Shown: positions 1 through 5,692 of the stretch, in pieces
Layout: each line of letters opens with the position of its first letter
How positions within the stretch are numbered: the stretch's first letter is position 1
Source of the DNA: a virus
Taxonomy: Duplodnaviria; Caudoviricetes
IMG/VR virus record: IMGVR_UViG_3300020422_000181
Location: 1-24,654 of that record
DNA: 24,654 nt
Strand: one strand, 5' to 3'
Made by a program: the position numbers and the translations under genes
The notes under the pieces: model-generated
The model's input: the letters and a program-made list of their open reading frames with translations, nothing else
Told to the model about the DNA's origin: nothing
The model's database searches: none

Positions 1-920
1 TGATCGGTCATATCAACCGCCGCCAATATGGCAACCTGTGCATTTGGTTGGCTACCATGATCCACGCCAATGCCAAATTGGTATTGCCCACCCGGTGGCG
101 CGGGTAAACTGGATATCATGTTTTCGGCAAATTGATCAAATACTCGACCCTCGGGTATACCCACGGCCCAATCGCCGTTTAAACGGGCGGCACGATCGAT
201 TGGCAAATAGGTTTGGGCTACTTGATCGATCATAGCCTGGCTAACGATCGGGGCACAATGCATGGGCGTTGTTGCCTCAACGGTTAACGGTGCGTTGTGG
301 CATGTAACGGTGCCGTTTTCTACCAATTTTCGCAGGTATTCCACATTTTGCCCCACGGGTGTCATTGTTATGCCAATGGTGCCCGTTTTACCGCCCGCAC
401 CACCACGTAAAACACGGGCCGCCAACTCGCCCCAAACCTCTTGCCCCACGGGCTCATCGATAGCCACGTACGAAATTGTTGAGCTTGCAAGGCCCAAACC
501 CTGATTGGCTGTTTTTACCAATATCATGGATCCGTTACGGAAGCGTATAACGGGGTGTATACCTCGAAAACCACGCCCCGGTTTAAATTCGCAATCGGGG
601 TGTAACTCATGTTTGGGGCACATGTTATATAATTTTTCTTGGATCGTTATGCTTTGTTGGTGGCTATGGGTGATTAAAAAACATTGTATTGGCGGCGGGT
701 CGGTTTGTATGTACGGATGGGTACCCAAACAACGGTGGATTAACTCGGCACAATTTGCCATGGTTTTGCCAACCTGATTGCCACCCAACAATAATTTGAT
801 TTTGGATTGATCGCGCATCCATGCGTGTTGTGGCGGGGTGGGCCTGAAATATGCCAACGGGTTTTGTTTAGTGCGGTTTTTTATCGCACGTACATTGCGG
901 GTTATTTTCTGTATACTCAT
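1..920 (-). CDS. terL: Terminase large subunit, 5' part (runs off the window start)
   Basis: Hand translation from ATG at 920 (MSIQKITRNV...) stays open to the window edge (306 codons). Walker A LLGGNQVGKT, Walker B YVAIDE, coupling motif ITMTP, start of RNase H-like nuclease GIGVDHG. Not in the supplied ORF track because no stop is in the window. Confidence 0.93.
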   Translation of the reverse strand, partial: MSIQKITRNVRAIKNRTKQNPLAYFRPTPPQHAWMRDQSKIKLLLGGNQVGKTMANCAELIHRCLGTHPYIQTDPPPIQCFLITHSHQQSITIQEKLYNMCPKHELHPDCEFKPGRGFRGIHPVIRFRNGSMILVKTANQGLGLASSTISYVAIDEPVGQEVWGELAARVLRGGAGGKTGTIGITMTPVGQNVEYLRKLVENGTVTCHNAPLTVEATTPMHCAPIVSQAMIDQVAQTYLPIDRAARLNGDWAVGIPEGRVFDQFAENMISSLPAPPGGQYQFGIGVDHGSQPNAQVAILAAVDMTD

Positions 921-1164
921 AAGGTACACCCATTTGTAAGCTCGCTTCGCAAATTACAACGCCCACGGGATCGCCACGTAAACGGGCAATTGTTACACAT
1001 GTTTCTAAAAAATTCCGTGTACGTGGCTCGACACCTGCCCGCCACTTTATAACCATGGTTGGGTTGCCGCCAATTTGATCGGCCAACCAGGTTATCGTTT
1101 TGTCGTGCGCGGTTAGGTTGCGCCGTACCCACTCTCCAAAATTGGCCATGCGTTTTCGTGCCAT
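868..1164 (-). CDS. Cro/XRE-like HTH DNA-binding protein (paralogue 1 of 4)
   Basis: FGEWVRRNL...TITWLADQIGGNPTMVIKWRAGVEP helix-turn-helix pattern; GGGG RBS 6 nt before ATG; aligns by eye with 8009..8278. Confidence 0.75.
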   Translation of the reverse strand: MARKRMANFGEWVRRNLTAHDKTITWLADQIGGNPTMVIKWRAGVEPRTRNFLETCVTIARLRGDPVGVVICEASLQMGVPYEYTENNPQCTCDKKPH

Positions 1165-1216
1165 TGTGTACCCCGTGGCAATCGCATGGATTACACCCGC
1201 ATACCGGGCAATCCAT
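917..1216 (-). CDS. Possible overprinted Cys-rich protein (99 aa, MDCPVCGCNPCDC...)
   Basis: ATG at 1216 overlaps upstream stop (TAATG) and its TGA at 917-919 overlaps terL ATG (ATGA); lies over the HTH gene in another frame. No family recognised. Confidence 0.4.
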   Translation of the reverse strand: MDCPVCGCNPCDCHGVHNGTKTHGQFWRVGTAQPNRARQNDNLVGRSNWRQPNHGYKVAGRCRATYTEFFRNMCNNCPFTWRSRGRCNLRSELTNGCTL

Positions 1217-1620
1217 TATTTGCGTTGTTTTATATACTCTATACATTGATCATAATCTCCATGTTTGGTGCACGCATCAAATGCGGCCAAACTATTCGCA
1301 ACATTGGCGATCTCCTCGCACTCAGATTGGGCGGCACCCGCGCCATTGGTTTGCAATCTACAAAACATTTCACGGCACAACAACGCCCCATGTGTTGCCA
1401 GATAATCCCCACCACATGCCACCGTTAACAAATCCGTTGCCGTTAGATTTTTATCCACATCGTTGCGAGCTTCAAACGCCGATCGCAAATCCGCTATTTG
1501 TTCACCCAACCCGGCATTGGGATCCGCCTCGGGTTTGCGGTTGTGTATCCACCAAACAACGCCCACCGTGGCAAACACGCCACCAAATGTGCCCAATGCA
1601 ATACCCTGAATAAATGTCAT
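1216..1620 (-). CDS. Membrane-anchored protein with six Cys, unknown function
   Basis: N-terminal hydrophobic helix (FIQGIALGTFGGVFATVGVVWWI), ATGA overlap with MT-A70 gene, GAGG RBS. Confidence 0.75.
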   Translation of the reverse strand: MTFIQGIALGTFGGVFATVGVVWWIHNRKPEADPNAGLGEQIADLRSAFEARNDVDKNLTATDLLTVACGGDYLATHGALLCREMFCRLQTNGAGAAQSECEEIANVANSLAAFDACTKHGDYDQCIEYIKQRK

Positions 1621-2159
1621 TTTAACACCTCAATATCGTTTTGTACCTCGTTACCCCATGTTGCCCACCCTTCGGTTTTTACACGGGCAAACAATTCTAA
1701 TTTGTTTTGTGTTGGGAACATCGCCACAATACGGTTGCGCACCTCGTTGGGTTTGGCACTATGGCGGCCACGCTTTTGTTGTACATATTGGCGTACATTG
1801 CGCGCGCCACGCGGGGTTGGTATTTTGCCGCGTTTACCCAGTATTACCAATTCGCATTGGCTCATTGTGTAATACCCGGGATTTACTCGCATTTTATCCC
1901 AAACAAATGCCACGGTTACATATTTAAAACCCCATGCGGCCATTAGATCGATTGCTTGATTTAAATGTGGGCTCGATGTCCACATAAACAACAATGCATT
2001 ATCATTGCATAAATTCGCAATGGGCAATTGTTTTAAATCTTTTAAAACCATTGTTGGGTAATGCGCAATGGCACCGCCGGTTGTTGGGCCCGATGCGCCG
2101 GCGTGTTGTTGTTGCCCTTTGTAATCCCACGGTGGATCGGCGTATATAATATCGTACAT
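1617..2159 (-). CDS. MT-A70 family adenine methyltransferase
   Basis: YDIIYADPPW catalytic motif, LFMW, WGFKY, HSAKP and KLELFAR...GW...GNE motifs characteristic of MT-A70. Confidence 0.92.
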   Translation of the reverse strand: MYDIIYADPPWDYKGQQQHAGASGPTTGGAIAHYPTMVLKDLKQLPIANLCNDNALLFMWTSSPHLNQAIDLMAAWGFKYVTVAFVWDKMRVNPGYYTMSQCELVILGKRGKIPTPRGARNVRQYVQQKRGRHSAKPNEVRNRIVAMFPTQNKLELFARVKTEGWATWGNEVQNDIEVLK

Positions 2160-2842
2160 TATAATTTAGCCCCTTGTATTGGTATCACGTTTGCCAATTC
2201 TTGTACGTTTCTTTCCAGGCGTTGCCGCAATACGGGTGGCAATGTAATGATGGCGTTGGTTATTTCCGTGATTAATTGATCATCGGTTAACCCTTCCATA
2301 TCATCACCCATTTGCCGCTCGGCCTCAATTTGTCGTATTTGTGCAACCACCTGTAACAATTGCCGTTGCAACGCCGCGTACGCTTGCCAACTCTCGGCCG
2401 CCTGTGCCCGGTTAATCGCATCATTGAGATCAACGGCTTGTTGTTTCAATAGATCGTATGTGTCGTTGGGTAACTCGGCTTTTTCGTTTTGTTCGGTTTC
2501 TATCCGGCCATCTTTTATAAAACTGTGCCGCCGTTCCAATACCCACGCGGCGGCCTTCCAATCTTTTACGGCATGTTGTTGTACCAACGCCAACATGCGA
2601 TCGCCGTTTTCGGCCTCGGCTTGCAATACATTCCGGCGAAATTGTACAAATTTACCATGGGGTGCGGTTTGCCCTTTTTTCATCCATACATAAAATGTTG
2701 ATTCGTGGATCCCCGCAATGTTGCATGCCATGCGATACGAACTACCACGGCGTACCGCTTCCACAATCATGGGTGCCGCCTTTTCGAATTTCCCAATCTT
2801 TGTTTTATGGGTGCGGGTTGGTTTGGGTGTCTTTTTCGCCAT
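2159..2842 (-). CDS. Terminase small subunit-like HTH protein with helical C-terminal extension
   Basis: IVEAVRRGSSYRMACNIAGIHESTFYVWMKKG HTH and DWKAAAWVLERR motif typical of phage TerS-like proteins; upstream of terL; start moved to ATG 2842 because of CGAGG RBS. Confidence 0.65.
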   Translation of the reverse strand: MAKKTPKPTRTHKTKIGKFEKAAPMIVEAVRRGSSYRMACNIAGIHESTFYVWMKKGQTAPHGKFVQFRRNVLQAEAENGDRMLALVQQHAVKDWKAAAWVLERRHSFIKDGRIETEQNEKAELPNDTYDLLKQQAVDLNDAINRAQAAESWQAYAALQRQLLQVVAQIRQIEAERQMGDDMEGLTDDQLITEITNAIITLPPVLRQRLERNVQELANVIPIQGAKL

Positions 2843-2975
2843 TTTTAATGCCTCGTTAATTTGGTTTTTTCTGGAAAAATTTATACATATCAAAAAAATA
2901 TCGCGGTGCGCAGTGCGGGGGGCCTATTTTTGCCACACACACAGGGTATGCGGGGTGCATGGGGTGGGTGCTGGG

Positions 2976-3458
2976 CTATATGTCGGTAAAATCTTCGCTA
3001 TCCTCATCGATATCTAGATCCGTATCGGGTTTTGTTGTGGGTGTTGGCACCGGGTTGTAATCCGCTTCGAACTCATCCAACCAATGTTGCCATGTACCTG
3101 CATAGATATTCATATTGTGATCAAAATCATCGCGGGTTTGTTTCCATACACGCAATTGGGATGCCACACCCTCGGATGCGGTGCCATCGTCGTTGGTAAT
3201 TACAAACAATTCGTTTGCATATCCCATGGCGGTATAACCAACGTGTAACAATGTTGATCGCATGCCCTGTTGCCGTTGCGCCTCATCGTTATCATCACCA
3301 AAACAACCCGCCAAAATGTTTGCGTGTTGCGATACAATGATACACGGCATTTTATCCATGTGTGCCAACAATCTATTGTGCAACCATGCCACGCGCATTA
3401 CCCATGTATCGGGATCGGATTGGTACGGCGCAATAATGTATTGGGTTTTTATGGCCAT
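2976..3458 (-). CDS. Hypothetical protein, possibly DUF1937 / nucleoside deoxyribosyltransferase-like fold, acidic tail
   Basis: YIIAPY at N-terminus and NELFVI...SEGVASQL resemble that fold; start ATG 3458 with AAGGG RBS, overlapping upstream stop. Family call is tentative. Confidence 0.55.
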   Translation of the reverse strand: MAIKTQYIIAPYQSDPDTWVMRVAWLHNRLLAHMDKMPCIIVSQHANILAGCFGDDNDEAQRQQGMRSTLLHVGYTAMGYANELFVITNDDGTASEGVASQLRVWKQTRDDFDHNMNIYAGTWQHWLDEFEADYNPVPTPTTKPDTDLDIDEDSEDFTDI

Positions 3459-3925
3459 CGTTTGCCCTTTTGCTTTAATGCTTCTTTTGCTTTTGCGAAT
3501 AAATCGGCATCGCCTGTGGTTGTGGTTTTGCCCTTCGTTACAAACGAGTAAACACGGGCCCGTGCCCATTGTGTTTGGGTTGCGCCTGGTCTATGTCCAA
3601 CGGCCCATGCCGCCAACCCTCGATCGAATACTTTTTGAATGATACCCCGTGGGATATCGGTAACGCGTGCCGTGGCTTTTACAAACCGTTCGTTTGGTGT
3701 GCCCTTGCCTTTTGGTGTCTCTTCGATAATTATACGGCGCAATCCCGAGGCCTTGATCCGTTTGGTGTATGTACTCGGTTTGGTTTTGGCTTTTGCATCA
3801 CCGGGCAACGCCTTGAAAGATTCCTTTTTACCCGTTGCACGTTTGCGTATCTCGGCTTTGCGTTTATCCTGTGTGGATTTGCCTAGGCCCTTTGTATACT
3901 TTGTTGGTACTTTACGCGCGGCCAT
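3449..3925 (-). CDS. Basic conserved viral protein (RGLAAW...GHRPGA...QWARARVYSF motif; DUF5824-like)
   Basis: Lys/Arg-rich 158 aa ORF; C-terminal motif recalled from proteins of algal large DNA viruses and environmental phages; needs search confirmation. Confidence 0.65.
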   Translation of the reverse strand: MAARKVPTKYTKGLGKSTQDKRKAEIRKRATGKKESFKALPGDAKAKTKPSTYTKRIKASGLRRIIIEETPKGKGTPNERFVKATARVTDIPRGIIQKVFDRGLAAWAVGHRPGATQTQWARARVYSFVTKGKTTTTGDADLFAKAKEALKQKGKRWP

Positions 3926-4004
3926 ACCCACCCCGTTTGGCTGGTTTACGTTTAGCCGGTTTACGTTTGGTTGTTTTGCGTTTCATTGGTTTATTTTTGT
4001 ACAT
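3912..4004 (-). CDS. 30-aa highly basic peptide MYKNKPMKRKTTKRKPAKRKPAKRGGYGRA
   Basis: Hand translation; GAGGA RBS 6 nt upstream; fills the gap between 4007 and 3925 exactly; 14 of 30 residues K/R, no acidic residues. Below the ORF-track size cutoff. Confidence 0.65.
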   Translation of the reverse strand: MYKNKPMKRKTTKRKPAKRKPAKRGGYGRA

Positions 4005-4006
4005 GA

Positions 4007-4213
4007 TCAATCCTCATCCTCAATAATAACTAGGCCCTTAAATGTTAAAGATTCGATGTTAAAACAATAGTAATCTACGGCATCCATGTAATTTAAATCG
4101 TATTTATCCATTAATAGATTAATCAACAGTGTAAACGAATACCAAACCATGTTGGCATTGCATAATGCCGCATCGAATGTATCGCGCGGTTCCAAATATA
4201 TTGTGCCCCTCAT
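4007..4213 (-). CDS. Small acidic phage hypothetical protein
   Basis: ATGA overlap with 4210..4425; FDAAL...VWYS...DAVDYYCFNI pattern resembles a common small phage family. Confidence 0.7.
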   Translation of the reverse strand: MRGTIYLEPRDTFDAALCNANMVWYSFTLLINLLMDKYDLNYMDAVDYYCFNIESLTFKGLVIIEDED

Positions 4214-4425
4214 TGTTTAGCCCTGAGGCGCGCACGTTGATCAAACCAACGGCGGCGGCGCATGTCGCGTTTGCGTTTCTTTTCGCCGGGTTTGGGTTGG
4301 CTTAGCTCGCCATCCTTCCACATACGAAATGCAATTGCCGTGGCCTGCCGTTGTGGGTAACCCTCACGGCGTAACAATAGTATTTTACGCGATATTGCAT
4401 ACTGTTTGTATTCGGTGGGTGTCAT
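4210..4425 (-). CDS. Small basic phage hypothetical protein
   Basis: REGYPQRQATAIA motif, Arg/Lys-rich C-terminus; first gene of leftward unit diverging from 4486. Confidence 0.65.
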   Translation of the reverse strand: MTPTEYKQYAISRKILLLRREGYPQRQATAIAFRMWKDGELSQPKPGEKKRKRDMRRRRWFDQRARLRAKQ

Positions 4426-4485
4426 CAATATCCAACGGTTTGTGTTACTATTTGCATATACAATTTAACACATTTTGGGGGATGT

Positions 4486-4833
4486 ATGGCACAATTCAAG
4501 GTACCACGCGATATACAATTGATCGCCAATCGGGCGTTGGAATACAACCGATCGTTGCCACAATCCAAACGTGCGGCATATAAAGATCAAGGCAACAAAC
4601 GTGTGCCCGGTACTGGAATGAAAACGGCACGGCGGTTGGCATCGGGATCGGTTAGCGATGAACAAATAAAACTAATGGTGGCATGGTTTGCTCGCCACTC
4701 ACAAGCCAATGCAGATAAACGGCGGGATCGCACATCCAAAATGGCAATTGCATGGGCATTGTGGGGTGGTACACCTGCGCAACGATGGGCAAAACGCATT
4801 GCAAAGCAGATAAAAGCAGATAAAAGCAGATAA
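4486..4833 (+). CDS. Basic phage protein with MVAWFARH / IAWALWGG motif domain
   Basis: GGGGG RBS; motif set GTG..ARRLA.G...M.AWFARH...IAWALWGG...WA recalled from domains in environmental phage head-associated proteins; function unknown. Confidence 0.75.
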   Translation: MAQFKVPRDIQLIANRALEYNRSLPQSKRAAYKDQGNKRVPGTGMKTARRLASGSVSDEQIKLMVAWFARHSQANADKRRDRTSKMAIAWALWGGTPAQRWAKRIAKQIKADKSR

Positions 4834-4872
4834 AAACGGGTGCATTTTCGCCTATAATACGCAACGGTGCGG
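4803..4872 (+). repeat. Left arm of inverted repeat: (AAAGCAGATA)x3 ... CTATA-N5-CAACGGTGCGG
   Basis: Units at 4803-4812, 4813-4822, 4823-4832; CTATA 4852-4856; CAACGGTGCGG 4862-4872. Confidence 0.95.
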
Positions 4873-4987
4873 TGTACTTTGTACATTGGGCCGTTTTTTG
4901 GTGTTGATCTTTATTAAACTAAATATATTTTTTTTAAAAAAAGAATTGTATTATATCTGTTTTATCTGGCATTTTCTGCGTATGATG

Positions 4988-5058
4988 CCGCACCGTTGGA
5001 TGGTATAGCCGTTTTGGCTATCTGTTTTCATCTGCTTTTATCTGCTTTTATCTGCTTT
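4988..5058 (-). repeat. Right arm of inverted repeat
   Basis: 5030-5058 is the exact reverse complement of 4803-4831 (29 bp); CCGCACCGTTG 4988-4998 and TATAG 5004-5008 mirror the left arm; extra degenerate unit TATCTGTTTT at 5019-5028. Confidence 0.95.
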
Positions 5059-5625
5059 GTATCGTTCAATGTATGGCCGTACTTTGTGCATGCCCCATAT
5101 TTTAAAGCGTTGCCATACCGATGCCCGCACCAATAATGTGTACAATCGGTAACAATCCATGGCATCCACAAACGCCGTATGGGCATATGGGCGTACCCAA
5201 CCCAAGTATGCCCGTACTTTATCCATGCTATGGCCAGGGCAACCAATCGGGATTAAATGCTCATGTACCAACGTACAGGTATCAACGGTGCGGTATCTCG
5301 GTATGGGTACGTTGGATGCTTTTAATTGCCTCTCAATAAAGCCCATATCGAATTGGATATTATGTCCAACAACAATGTTATTACAAAGTAGATCCGCAAT
5401 GGTGTTTGCCTCATCGGCAAATGTTGGTGCGTTTTGCCATGCCTCAGGTATATATCGGTTGATCTTTAATGCAACGGGATCCGCGGTGGCAATGTGTGTT
5501 GGTGCAATCTTTTGGTTGTACCCCTTCAATTGCCCACCCTCTAAAACCAGTATTGCGATCTCGATTATTTCGTGGCGTGATTTATCGAGCCCGGTTGTTT
5601 CCGTATCTACAAAACAAATGGCCAT
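5038..5625 (-). CDS. DEDDh 3'-5' exonuclease (DnaQ / Pol III epsilon-like)
   Basis: ExoI FVDTETTG, ExoII VGHNIQFDMGF, ExoIII AHTAFVDA; start ATG 5625 with GGGGG RBS. Confidence 0.93.
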   Translation of the reverse strand: MAICFVDTETTGLDKSRHEIIEIAILVLEGGQLKGYNQKIAPTHIATADPVALKINRYIPEAWQNAPTFADEANTIADLLCNNIVVGHNIQFDMGFIERQLKASNVPIPRYRTVDTCTLVHEHLIPIGCPGHSMDKVRAYLGWVRPYAHTAFVDAMDCYRLYTLLVRASVWQRFKIWGMHKVRPYIERYKADKSR

Positions 5626-5660
5626 ATTGTACCCCCATGTGTGTTGGTACAATATAGCCA
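5619..5660 (-). promoter_or_regulatory. 15-bp RNA hairpin covering exonuclease RBS and start codon
   Basis: mRNA UGGCUAUAUUGUACC-N12-GGUACAAUAUGGCCA pairs fully with one G-U; AUG lies in the 3' arm. Confidence 0.6.
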
Positions 5661-5692
5661 ATAACAACGCCCCACAAATTGCATGCGGGCAT

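Larger units (their letters stand above)
4803..5058. other. Candidate replication origin (inverted iteron arrays flanking AT-rich core)
   Basis: Largest non-coding gap between convergent genes; inverted 10-bp arrays; AT-rich run 4910-4965. Function inferred. Confidence 0.6.

Noticed and set aside
2597-2604. GCGATCGC (cyanobacterial HIP1) as a host clue
   Set aside because: Only one full octamer noticed; CGATCG excess is explainable by general GATC excess.
4803-5058. Inverted repeats as an IS or MITE
   Set aside because: No transposase, no target-site duplication seen, arms made of tandem 10-mers and overlapping coding ends.
5028-5246. 72-aa minus ORF ending KQIKADKSR like the plus gene
   Set aside because: Alternate frame of the exonuclease; the shared tail is a by-product of the inverted repeat.
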